Of a stretch of DNA of 64,000 nt, positions 49,611 through 62,779 are shown in pieces. The stretch lies in assembly GCA_951406725.2 (NCBI GenBank), contig OX597821.1, positions 118,841,487 through 118,905,486 on the forward strand. The letters run 5' to 3'. The translations under genes and the position numbers were made by a program. A model generated the notes under the pieces. That model searched no databases. It worked only from the letters and a program-made list of their open reading frames with translations, and had not been told where the DNA came from. The stretch's first letter is position 1. Each line of letters starts with the position of its first letter. Source of the DNA: Octopus vulgaris (taxonomy: Eukaryota).

Positions 49611-50382
49611 CACAATCAAGGTGAACGGCCATATAGGCCATTCACCCACTAGAAATAACAGCCAAAGCTTCAACCGCAAAATAACATTAATTCCGCAAAC
49701 CATTAATTGCGGAATTAATGTTATTTTGCGGTTGAAGCTTTGGCTGTTATTTCTAGTGGGTGAATGGCCTATTATGGCCGTTCCTTGATTGGGATGTTGA
49801 ACTTATAAATGGACTATGACTATTTAATTCTTTCCCACTAGGCCAATGTTGCGTGGCAAAAAAATTCTACAAAATTTTTTGCACCCTATATTGATTAATT
49901 ATGAATTTTCTGGTTGATTCCGTAATGGAATCGGCGGCTTATATTTATTTGCTGCCGATAAATTTGGCGCGAGTGCGATGATTTGAAAATTTTAGGTCAG
50001 ATATTGCCGAGGCAGGGATGGAAGTGGCTCGTGAAAATATCTGTTCCGATCTGGCTGCTTCTTACTGACGAATCTATCGGCCTATGGAAGATTGGCTTGA
50101 TTTAATTTAATCAGGTTAGTTTACCATTAAACAATAGATGAAACGGTGCATCGTATAAGAAACTACAGGGTAAATGTTTTTTTAGCTTTCTCCTCGTTTG
50201 CGGAATTAATGTTATTTTGCGGTTGAAGCTTTGGCTGTTATTTCTAGTGGGTGAATGGCCTATTATGGCGGTTCATTGATTGTGATGTTGAACTTATAAA
50301 TGGTCTATGACTATTTAATTTTTTTCCCACTAGGCCGTTGGTGGCAAAAAAATTCTACAAATTTTTTGCCACCCTATATTGA

Positions 50383-50390
<8 letters not shown>
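49609..50390 (+). mobile_element. Non-coding retrozyme/Penelope-like element with hammerhead
   Basis: Inverted ~90-bp 5' segment (49609-49698), direct repeats at 49707-49902 and 50198-50390 (period 491 nt), a hammerhead between them, (TA)n on both flanks. Confidence 0.7.
50059..50161 (+). ncRNA. Type I hammerhead ribozyme, intact core
   Basis: Stem I TTCTTA/TAAGAA; CTGACGA; stem II ATCTAT/ATAGAT with a long loop; GAAA; stem III ACGG-tgca-TCGT; GUA cleavage after 50155. Confidence 0.85.
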
Positions 50391-50450
<60 letters not shown>

Positions 50451-50788
50451 ATGTGTAGATATGTGTATGTATGTGTATGTGTATATATATGTGTGTGTGT
50501 GTATGTATGTGTGTATGTATATATGTGTGTGTGTGTGTATATATGTATACATATGTGTATAGGTATAAGTGAGAATCTCCTTATTTACCTAAAACTCTAT
50601 TCTTTTTTATATATATATTTTTTTATTTTTTTATTCTTTTATTTATTCTTTTATCTAATTTACCACTGACTCCTTGACCACTCCCCCAAGTATGATATTT
50701 TGCGCTATGCCTACCCCCAAAAAAGTCCCCCACCACCACCCCTTTAAACCTGCCTAAATGTATAAATGCCAACACAATTCTGTTAACT

Positions 50789-50839
50789 AGCTTCCTGAAG
50801 ATTTCTCTTGAATGAAACAGTTCTAGTCCTGTAGAAGCT
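50789..50839 (+). ncRNA. Type I hammerhead ribozyme, intact core
   Basis: Stem I AGCTTC/GAAGCT; CTGAAGA; stem II (T)TTC tctt GAA(T); GAA-ACAG ttctagtc CTGT-A; GUA cleavage after 50833. Confidence 0.78.
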
Positions 50840-50854
50840 CATTCTATATAATAA

Positions 50855-50885
<31 letters not shown>

Positions 50886-51008
50886 TGTGAATGTGTGTGT
50901 ATATGTACATATATATATATGTATATATATATATATGTGTGTAAGTGTGTGTATATATGTATGTGTAAGTGTGTGTGTATGTATGAGTATGTATGTATGT
51001 ATGCACAC

Positions 51009-51058
<50 letters not shown>

Positions 51059-51137
51059 ATATGTGTGTATGTATATGTATGTGTGTGTGTGTATATATAT
51101 ATGTGTGTGTGTGTATGTGTGTATATGTATATGTATG

Positions 51138-51176
<39 letters not shown>

Positions 51177-51210
51177 ATGTGTATGTGTGTGTATGTATAT
51201 GTATGTATAA

Positions 51211-51260
<50 letters not shown>

Positions 51261-51391
51261 ATATATATGTATGTATGTGTGTGTATGTGTATGTGTATAT
51301 GTACATATACGTGTACGCTCGTGTGTTTATGTATATGTAGGTACGTAGAGTTATGTATGTATGTATGTATATGTACATATGTGTAAGTAGG

Positions 51392-51424
<33 letters not shown>

Positions 51425-51828
51425 AAGTTTATATGTATGTATCCGTCTGTATAATAGGTAACTGCACGTAAATATATACTTAATATTTATTATTTATTTT
51501 TTATTATTTATTTTTTGAGTATGCATGTATGTATATGAAAAACTGCACGTATATATATTTTATTATTTATTTTTTGAGTATGCATGTAAGTATATGAACA
51601 TAAGGAGGCGCGTGTGTGTGTGTGTATGTGTAAGCATATGTATAGATATATGTATAATTTTACGCATGTGTGTACTTATGCGTATATATGGATGCGCGCG
51701 TGTGTGTGTGTGTGTATATGGGTACGCATGTATATGTGTATGTGTGTGTATGTATATATGCATGTATGTGTGTGTGTATATATGTATATGTATGTATGTA
51801 CATGTATGTATGTGTGTATATATATATG

Positions 51829-51865
<37 letters not shown>

Positions 51866-51964
51866 GTGTAGGAGTATATGTATGTATATGTATGTGTATG
51901 TATGCGCGTATATGTATGTATATGTATACGTGTGGGTGTGTGTATATGTATATATGTATGTATA

Positions 51965-52004
<40 letters not shown>

Positions 52005-52413
52005 TGTATTTGTATGTAGGTGTATATGTATGTGTGTATATATATTTTTTGGTGTATATGTATGGACTAGTCTTCTAAGCATGTAGACATGAATCTGAAG
52101 GTAGGCGTACGTATGTGTATATATGTGAATGTATGTAGATGTATGTATGAATGAATATAACGCGTGCGTGCGTGTATGTGTATGAGTGTACGAATGAGTG
52201 AGTGTTCGTGCTAATGAGTGTGCGTGCGTGAGTGAGTGCTTGTGTTCGAGTAGAAAGATAAATGGATTTGCTGTCATAGCCAAGATGCTTGTGACCAGCG
52301 GTCAAAGATAACAAAAGTAATAAATGAAGATAATAATAAAATTAAAATTAGGGAATGGGTTTGTATTTGTATGTATATGTGTGTATGTGTAGGTATGTAT
52401 AGGTACACATATG

Positions 52414-52464
<51 letters not shown>

Positions 52465-52625
52465 GTATGTGTATATATGGACTTGTGTGTGCATGTGTTT
52501 ATGTAGATATATGTGTGTATGTGTGTATGTGTATGTGTGTGCATGTATATATATTTTTGTGTGTATATGTATGTGTGGGCCTGTGTGTATATATACATGT
52601 GTGTGTGTATATATATGTGCATATG

Positions 52626-52678
<53 letters not shown>

Positions 52679-52794
52679 GTACATATATGTGTATATATAT
52701 ATATGTGTTGAACTTGTATATAATAAATTAATTTTACTCTGCTATGTATTGTGTACCTTATTTACTGTGGTTAACCCCGAATGCAACCCGGACC

Positions 52795-52847
<53 letters not shown>

Positions 52848-53373
52848 ATGGGCTTCTTTTAGTTTCCATCAACAAAATTCACCCACAAGGCTTTGGTCTG
52901 CTTGAGGCTATAATAGAAGACGCTTGACCTAGGTTCCACACAGTAGGACTGAACCCGGAACCATGTGTTTTAGAAGCAAATGAACTTTGTTCTACAAACA
53001 CGGGACGGTTGTTTAGTCATTGTGAATGAGATGGATTACAATTTCTCAAAATATATTACAAGCAACGTTCACAATGAAATAGATATATAAATAAATAAAT
53101 AGTTATTGAGAAATAAGAGACGTTTTCGGAGTCACGACAGAGTTATAAACGACGCAATTATTAAATAATTGTAAGTTCCGGGCAAGTTGACAATGTTTAA
53201 CTTTATCGGCTGATTATATTTACTTCTTGTTTACCTATACAGGTGTATAGATAAACAGGTATAAGTAAAGCTATACTTATACAGGTGTGCAGGTATAGTT
53301 TTACATGTGTGTGTGTGTATTTTTTGGTATTTTGTTCTGTACTTAATGTGTATCTTTTACATATATGTATCTA

Positions 53374-53476
<103 letters not shown>

Positions 53477-53519
53477 GTATATATATAGAGAGAGAGAGAG
53501 TGAGAGAGAAAGGGAGTCT

Positions 53520-53551
<32 letters not shown>

Positions 53552-53555
53552 TTTA

Positions 53556-53592
<37 letters not shown>

Positions 53593-54914
53593 GTGTGTGT
53601 GTAAAATGTTAGACAAAGAAACCCAACTGTTTCTTAAAATACATACCAATACATGCATCTAAAGGAAAATATTTTCAGGGCCCTTAAATAACTCTTGTGA
53701 ATCTCTAATCTATTATTTTCTTGCGTAGACCCCTAAAAATCTCATGCAGACTCCGGTTGAGAACCACCGACCTGACCCATCCGTATCTAATACCCTGCCT
53801 GCCGCTTCCCGATTGCTCAACTGGAATGATTCTATGAATCCATTTTTAAAAGCTTCGTATTTCTGTGAATAGCTGATGGTCTGCTTAGGATATGTCTGGC
53901 ACCCACCTTCTTCTTGTGTCCTTATCCAGGGTTGCTGTTACATAAGAATACTTCATCGGGTCTGAAGTGATGTTTCTGATGTTGAACTGCGCCGCGAATT
54001 GTGCGAACCATGATTGTGCAGCTCTCAGTGCGACGGTGTTCGCGCATGACATGATGGCGTGTTTGTGTGTTTTCTTTTCACTTCGGTGAGTTGCTGGGGG
54101 TCAACACTTAGAGCTTTCGTTAAAACTCTGCGTAAAAATAACTACAAACGGCCACGAATTGTTATTGTGTGATATGCAATGCAAAAGGGAGAGGAAAGAT
54201 CCTCCCGGTCTGGTTTATCGCCTAACTGGAAGTCGCTTCTCTGCGAACTAAATTCGCAAAAACTTTTCTAAAACTTTTTAAAATTTTAATAAGAGGTTTA
54301 TTAGGGGTGCTTAAACACAAGAATTGCGCTCAATTATTGCATTATTTCTATCAGTGACTGCAGTCATTCATAAAGTATCAACAGAATAGATTTGAAAAGG
54401 TAGGAGATAATTCAGTAGGTGGAGGGCTTTCAGATGAAGTTCAAGTGCCGAAGCAATCTACCCTTCTCGCTCTCCAATAACAAGTCCTGCTGCAGTTATA
54501 GTGCTCGTCTGTCCAGCTGTTGCTGCAGTTGCTGCTGAGCGAACGGTCTTCGTCCCAGATGCAGATTTAAGTCCATAACGTGGTCCTTTGTAATTCGTAA
54601 GACCCGCAGAAGAGAAATTTTTGCAGGTCAACGCCCGACACGAGCATCGTACGGATGGATGAATGCGCTTCCAGGAGCGTGTATGTAATTTGAGGGCGAG
54701 TTAGTTGGGTTTTTGGGGCACATCTCACGACCATCTGATACCTTACTCAGGTGTCTTTGTCATTCTTGCATGTCTGGATGTCTTTCAATATTTCTTTTCC
54801 TCATAAACACATTTACTACAATGGTGATGCACCCAGTTTCGGCCTGCATGTAATTTAAACACCGAATTTTTAAAATATTCCAAAAAGTATAACTTTTAGG
54901 ATTTATGGGGGGGG

Positions 54915-57900
54915 TGTTGTTAGATGAGCTGTTGCTGCTATTACTCAGGGTGTTAGGGCCGGGTACCACCACAGCCTCATACACGACACTGTCAGCCTCA
55001 TGTTGCCCTCCCCACCCACTCGGCAGCCATTGTGGTCCAAGCATGAGCAACCAACCTCTACCCACGTTTCAGGGTCGTTTGCCAATATACTTATCATGTG
55101 CCTAAGGGCACACCGTTTGTTCAAAAGGCACAACATAAGGGCAGATATTAGGGGAAGTGAAATCTACATGGACACTTAATAATTGTTGGTTACAGTTGCT
55201 ACTCTTCCCCTGCAACGGGCGGGGTCTCCTTCTCTTCTAGCATATATCTGATCCACCTCGATCCATTCTTGACCCACACATTTCTCTGGGTACATCCTAT
55301 AGTATTCCTTATTTACTGTCTTCTTGCACACCAACGTTCGATATTTACAATATATTTTTCTGTCTGTATATTATTCCGACCTAACGAGGTGCCTCAATTT
55401 CAGACCTGATTCAACTGAATATTTCTTATATCTTGTGTGTTTACGTGAGTGTGTGTGTGTGTGAGTTAATGAGTAGATGTATGTGAATGTATATATGTAT
55501 GTACGTATATAGAGGCCGACGCAAATGCCGTGGACGTAAGGGATAAATTATTAAACGTATCCCTACACACTGAGATTTTATCTGTTAATTATTTAATTGT
55601 TATATGTACTGTTCAAATTGCTTCCATTTCGTTTCATAGCACATTTCCATTCTGTACGTGCAGCATTCATAAACAAGGCGGAGGGGTTCCTTTCTTTTTT
55701 ACTGCATTCATTTTAAGTTTCCTTCTTTAAGTTTCTCCATATTTCTACGAAACTTCTGATAAACAACTGATTTCAAATGGCCCCACAGATAAAACCCAGG
55801 TACGTGAGGTCTGGTTACTCCTGTGGTGACTCACAGGATCTCTCCCACCTTTCCATTTGTTAGGGTATAGCTTTGTTAAGCTATGCACACTCAAACTCCT
55901 AGAGACGAGAATACATTTACCAAAAAGTTTATTACTTGACGTACATCAAGGCTTAAGTCGCCAGTTATTTCTGTTCAGTTAATTTTGGTTCGTTTAACGC
56001 TCGCTGCTAACATTCTTTTGTCCCTGTTCTCCCAGTGGAAGTCCCTTTTTGCTGTTGACCAACTTCCTAGCTAGCCCGCAGCGAAGTTCCTGTCTACAGT
56101 TCACCTGTCATGAATCCTGCCCTACAAGGAAAATGTTTATTTTGGAAGCCAGGAAACAACAAATCAAAATGTAGTGGCGCTCCATCCCGTTCAAAGAACA
56201 TGATCCGTCTTTTTGTTCAGGGAACATTCCATATATAATCCAGTAAGAATGTCGATAGTATTCGAAGGTATGTTTTCACCCGTCACATTACTGTCAAAGA
56301 CTTTCGGACCGATTAACTGTTCCTCCCGTATTGCAGCCCATACCATAATTGTACTATCGATTCGTACATTGCTATCTTGCTTCCATCTGGCGTTATTACC
56401 AGATCAATAGCGACAGTTGTGTCCAGTTAGATAAAACATAGACTCATCACTGAAAAATATGGAGCGATCGCTGTTTCGTAAATTCCACGTTATCCGCGTG
56501 CAATTCCTGCACCAGATGAATTTTGTAAGGATAGCAGTGGTGTCCACGGAGAATACGATATATTGACCTTTGGATAACACCTGTGTCTCGACTTAACTTC
56601 TTCGTCGATTTTTGGGGGGATGTTTGTAAGAATTTCTCAAACAACTGCTGTTGATATGGGATCATTTGCACATTTCGGTCTGATAATTCGACAGTGGACA
56701 GTGACACCACCAGCTCCCTTAATTAAACGTCCAACAGATGACCCATCAATTGGAAGTTGGTGTGCCTTCTGCCAATTGAATTCCTCACCAATAGATCTGG
56801 ATTAGTTCTTTCTTTTGCCACACATGAGCACAAAGGTAACTCGTTTACCCTTCGTTATCTTTCTCACACATCTTATTTCGTCAAAATCCTTTCAGCAACC
56901 AAGAAAATATCAGAGCAAATTAAACATTTCAAACATTATTAATTAAATCCTGTATATGCATGTATTACCTGTCTGTCTGTCTGTCTGTCCATCTCTTTAG
57001 CTCTCAGTCAATCTGTCTATCTATACCTCTCTCCCTCTCTCTCTTTCTCTCGGTCGGTCTCTCCATATAACATTCAATCTGTCTGTTTATCTATTTGTAT
57101 GTTTCATTATCTCTCGTGAACCCTAACCCCTAAACACTGCACCCAGTATACCCAACGATGCCGTCACCCTCCTCTCACAATCTACCTCTCTTCCCTTCGG
57201 CCCCTTCTTTAAACCTTTATATGGCCGGCTACATTTCGTCAAATGTACCTTGTACACCCACTCCTTCCAATCTCCAATCCTCTATCTGAGCTTCTTAACC
57301 TCATTTTTCTCTTTTCCCACGATATTCTTCCTGTTTTCCTCCTATGCATCGAGTCTCCGCCATGACAAAAGCTCCAACGTCACACTGACCCAGGAGACGT
57401 ATGCACATATCGGAGATGGGCTATTTGTGTGACTTTCAGATCAAATCTCTCAAGTAAATCATCTCAATGACAGGATGGGCGTCTGAAATCGTGATCTGTT
57501 GCACCTCACTTAAGGTTAACAACAAAAGAAATCTGATTGGGGATAAGATTACTGAGCAAATATTTGTATCTATCAGTTTACAATGATCATCATCATCATC
57601 ATCATCGTTGGCGTGACTGTCGGATAATACTTTCCTTCTCAATCACATGCTTCGGGTTTCAATCCCACAGTGTGGTACATTGGGCAAGAATGTTCTATTA
57701 GACATTTTAGGCGTCCAAAGCATTGAGACTTGATTTGATGCACGGAAACTAAAAGAAGCCTGTCGCTTCATGTATTAATATGTATCTATGTGAGTTCACT
57801 ACCACATGACAATCGATGTTGCTCCGTAAAAAAAAATTTAGCGAAATCTAACAGCTGTTTCTGGGATTACTGAAAATTTGGGGTATCCCATCATCGGAGA

Positions 57901-59011
57901 CAAATAGGGAAAATGTGCAGGGTAGAGATTAAGGAAACGATGAAATAAAGGCCTGGAGAAATATAAAGAAATGAAGAATAAAGAAATATAAATGTTTAAC
58001 TTTCCGATAGTGTAGATGTTTGTCCATAAGTCTTTTAGCACAATCCTATGTAAATCCAGCTAGTATTAGAGTCTTCATAGTGTAAATATCCAGAGTGAAA
58101 GGCGACCATATCCAGGTATGTTTAGAGTCCTCATAGTATAAGTATCCAGAGAGAGACCTGACCATATCGACTGTTCGTAAGAAAATGATAGCAGAAGTGG
58201 CCATAAAGGGATAATGAGAAAGAAAAATAAATAGATAGAGAAGGAGGTATTGGCAGGGGAGCTGGAGGTAGAGAGAGAGAGAGAGAGGAAGAGGAATGCA
58301 ATTGACAGGACATTGGCAAGGATTGATAGGAAGAATAAGATAAATAATATAAAAATATAATGTACAAAAATAAACATGAAGATAGGTAAAGAAATATACA
58401 AGGAGAGAGGAGGAAGGCAAAGGAGGATAAAGTAAAAAATACAAAATAAATTAAAATTAAATAAACCAAAAGATAAATAAATATAAAAGGATAAATAAGG
58501 AGAGAGGGGGAAGGTAAAGGAGGATAAGGTAAGAAATAGAAAATAAAGTAAAATAATATGAAAGGGATTCAAAGAGAAGACGATATAAAGAAGATAGTAG
58601 ATGCCAGTACTGTCCCACAAATTTTTAGGGGTTGGGGCAAGAGGTCAAGTAGTGTCCGTTCGTTTTATGGCTAAGGTCATTGGTTGTAGAAATATTTCTC
58701 GGCTAAGGCGGTATGATTGTGTAGGGAGTTGTGTATGGAGAAACCAGGTGAATGTTAAATGATTTAGGAATAAGGGTTACAACTAAGGATTAGGGGATCT
58801 ATTAGGTAATTAAAAATTAGCAGTTATCATATAAGCTACTAAGGTAGACAGAAAAGGTATTGAAGGGTCTGGAGGCATGTAAGTGTTATGTGAGGCGGGG
58901 GTAAGTTTAAAGTTGGATTTATGGAAGAATTTAAAAGTGTGGAAGAATTTGTGTTCACACATTGCGAAGGCTTCATTGTGTTTGTTGAGTAATTGTGGTG
59001 AGTTATGGGTT
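54915..59011 (-). repeat. Inverted copy of 1-4106 (another inverted copy at ~17010-21193)
   Basis: Reverse-complement match; ORFs 392-937 and 58075-58620 are nearly identical. Confidence 0.92.
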
Positions 59012-60310
59012 AAACATTTAAGGGCTTCCTTTAGGCAGAGTCCACAAGTGGATCGCCGACCCTGATATGGGATGACAAGATCTATTATAGCCCAGATTAC
59101 CTATATTGTATTTTTCTATTAATTAGATGGTAAAACAGAGTAGTTTCCCTACCAAAACAATTGCAGGAAAATTCTTTCCAGTTCAAAGTATCAGATAAAC
59201 CTAAATTAAAAATCTAAAATTCAAAATTTAAAACAAATTAAAAGCTTATTTTTAAAATAATAATACGATAATTAAAATAAAACTCCTCGTATTACATTAC
59301 AAATTAAACCAATCTAAGAATATATATATATGTAAACATGTATGTATAAATATTAAAAAAAAAGCTTTATGAAAATGTAAGCTATAAATTATACAAATAA
59401 TAGGAGTTAGAAATGAATTATGAACATTTTATCTAATCAATACTAATATTGATTTATTAAGCTAGAATAAATATATCTAAATCTAAAAAATAACACTGGA
59501 AGGAGTTTACCTTTGAAAAACCTAACCTAAAATAATGGCAATGTAGAAATCCAAAAACAAATGAGAGAAGAACTTACTTAAATAGTAAACAGAAAGGATG
59601 AAACTGTGATTATCAAACTCTCAATAATCGGTTTATCAAATTAAACAAAGTGAAGCATCCTTAAAAGACCTACTTATAGAAAATTTTAAAACATGCATTT
59701 ATTCCTATGAACACTAAAAATCCTCTTTCCGATTTTGAATTTAACAGCTTTCTTCTAGAAAATCAAATCAAAAATAATTCTTCAAAACAAAACGAACAGA
59801 ACCGATTGGCAGTCTTATAGGCCGGAGCCGTCCCTAAAATGTTCCATTCAATAAACAACAATTTTTTATGATCTTTAAGATTTCAGATGAAATTACTAAG
59901 ACTAATAGAAGAAGCCTTATTTCTAATCCTAAAAGAAAGGTAATGGTTTGAAACCTTGTTTCTTAATATCATTAGCAGAAGAACCAATATAAATGTAAAG
60001 ATTACCCTCAGAAATGATTTCAGCTTCATAAACCGCTTCTTTACGTTTACAAGAATTTATAGTTAAACATTTTTCTTTGTTCCCACGATCACAAAGAGAA
60101 TTTCCACCCCTACTCAAACCTTCGACAATTGAATTACTATTAAGCAAATAGTTACCCTCCTCATTATTACGAAAACTCAGATTTGACTCAAAACCATCAC
60201 TACCACCCTGGCTAATTGAAAAATCAATAACATTAGCATCCATCGAATCGAACTCGTTGATATTAATTGAGTTAACACGATGATAAATAAAAACAGATAA
60301 TTTCTTCTCA
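57840..60310 (-). mobile_element. Second copy of the decayed Penelope-like element
   Basis: Colinear with 20060-22500; ORF 59929-60243 carries the GIY-YIG-like VYEAEI...YIYIGSS. Confidence 0.75.
57846..57901 (-). ncRNA. Hammerhead variant, copy of 1128-1183
   Basis: Same core; the stem II loop differs slightly. Confidence 0.55.
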
Positions 60311-60444
60311 TAAGCATTTCGCTCGGCGTGCTAACGTTTCAGCCAGCTTTCCGCCTTACCTATAGTTACTGTCTCTTTCAAGGATATATAAACATGTATA
60401 TATACGGGTATACACGCGCACACATGCACAAGCACATACAACCC

Positions 60445-60532
<88 letters not shown>

Positions 60533-60569
60533 TATATACATATATATATATATCTATGTATATATATAT

Positions 60570-60615
<46 letters not shown>

Positions 60616-60930
60616 TTGTTGAGAGGGGCTCCCTCCCTTTCCTAATAAGAAGATTGCATCTTACACCGTTTATTCCTTTGGAATAAAACCATGTTGTCTT
60701 CGAAACATATGTGGAAAATAAAGGAATTTTCTTAACATCTTCGTTCAACTCCATTTATTTATTTATTCATTTATAACACACAAACTACTGCACATGAGCC
60801 CAGAGTTTCTACCTTTGGATAGGTCGCTACAACCGTGTTTCTGACGTGAATTTGCTACCCTGGTATCGGTTCATCGAATTTTCCATGGTGACGGTAAACA
60901 TAGGATAATTCATTCACCCATCGAAATACA

Positions 60931-60963
<33 letters not shown>

Positions 60964-61004
60964 ATGTATATATGAATGTATATATATATATATATATACA
61001 TATG

Positions 61005-61090
<86 letters not shown>

Positions 61091-61305
61091 CAAGAATACA
61101 CACATGACCACACAAACACACACACACACTTGAACACACACACACACGCATGCACACAGATACCTCCTTCTGTTACACTCTCCTGTCTTTGAAAGAAGTC
61201 TTTCTTCATCCATTTCCTTCCGGTCATTTCAAAATGTAACGACATGTGCATTGCTGGCGTTTTTTTTTCCCAGCTTCCTTTTCCCTTGGACATTCCTCTG
61301 TCTCC

Positions 61306-61342
61306 TGTTTCCGAAGAAGAGATTTGCCCGAAACGTTAAACA
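61306..61342 (+). ncRNA. Degenerate minimal hammerhead-like motif
   Basis: TGTTT-CCGAAGA-a-GAG atttg CCC-GAA-ACGT-T-AAACA; stem II is mismatched. Confidence 0.4.
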
Positions 61343-61489
61343 ACCTTTCTTTCCTTCCCTGAGCGTCCTTTAATACTTTGCGTGTACCACGGCCTCACCC
61401 TGTTGCTTTTTCTTGTGTTTTCTCTTCGTTAGTTTTGGAATATATTATATATATATATACATATATATATATTATATATACATATACAT

Positions 61490-61549
<60 letters not shown>

Positions 61550-61551
<2 letters not shown>

Positions 61552-61750
61552 TACTACTTTATAACAGTGGTCCGGTGCGCGTACTCGCGTACTCGCTCAT
61601 CCACACTAGCTAGTCATGTGTAGTCGAACCTTACTTTGTGCATTTGTCTTTTATTTACTTTGCTAGGTAGTCCATGTAGAATCGACTAGTCACAACAAGC
61701 CAGCGAGCACGCGAGTGCGCGCACCGGAACCATTGTCCTTAAGTAGTACC
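61550..61750. mobile_element. MITE-like element with ~50-bp terminal inverted repeats
   Basis: GGTACTACTT...CCGGTGCGCGTACTCGCGT pairs with ACGCGAGTGCGCGCACCGG...AAGTAGTACC; set in (TA)n. Confidence 0.75.
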
Positions 61751-61785
<35 letters not shown>

Positions 61786-62016
61786 ATGTATATGTATACG
61801 TACATACATACATATATATTTTTAATAATATATTATTTAAATTAATATCGCTCGTATTAAATGTATAAATACTTTGATACAATATAAATTCAGTATATAA
61901 TATTCTCATTGAATATATTTGACTAAAGAATATATTTAACTAAAGAATTATACATACATACATACATACAAACATACATATATACATACATACATACATA
62001 CATACATACATAATGC

Positions 62017-62053
<37 letters not shown>

Positions 62054-62779
62054 TCCATGGGCTTCTTTTTGTTTTCATCAGCAAAATTCACTCACAAGGC
62101 TTTGGTCTGCTCGAGGCTATAAGAGGTTCCACACAGTAGGACTGAACCCGGAACCATTTGTTTTAGAAGCAAATGAACTTTGTTCTACAAACACGGGAAG
62201 GTTGTTTAGTCATCGTCAATGAGATGGATTACAATTTCTCAAAATAGATTACAAGCAACATTCACAATGAAATAGATATATAAATAAATAGTTATTGAGA
62301 AATAAGAGACGTTTTCGGAGTCACGACAGAGTTATAAACGACGCAATTATTAAATAGTTGTAACTTCCAGGTGTAACATTATTGGCTGACTGTGTTAACA
62401 TCCTGATTACGATAGGTATATAGGTAAAGTGACTGAAACATTTTGTCCAATCCGGCAGGAGAGACCAAACCTACAGCATCTGACATTTACGACAAAGATT
62501 CAAAGATTCACAACTGAAAAGGTCCCTTTTTACGGTAACGTTAAAATTCTTTTCTTTAAAATCTAGTTTCTGTTACAATTTCAATGTAGAAATTGAAATG
62601 GACTTGTTATATTATGATGTGTGTGTGTGAGTGCATATATTATTGTTGCTTTTATTACAGAATATAGACATGGTACCCTAGCATAAACGCGGGCAGATGG
62701 ATGAATCCACGAATATATACACGTTTATATCGGCTATAGCTGTGTATGTGTGTGTGTCTACATAAATATCATTCATATA

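Larger units (their letters stand above)
45590..52800. repeat. Nested palindrome and duplication of a (TA/CA)-rich element
   Basis: 46150-47700 is inverted against 48000-49510; 45660-46100 is inverted against 50420-50850; 51240-52580 repeats 48030-49500; 45587-45660 is inverted against 52725-52798. Confidence 0.85.

Noticed and set aside
44750-52860. Dozens of overlapping YI/HT/CV-rich ORFs
   Set aside because: Translations of (TA)n and (CA)n microsatellites; the same applies to such ORFs throughout the window.
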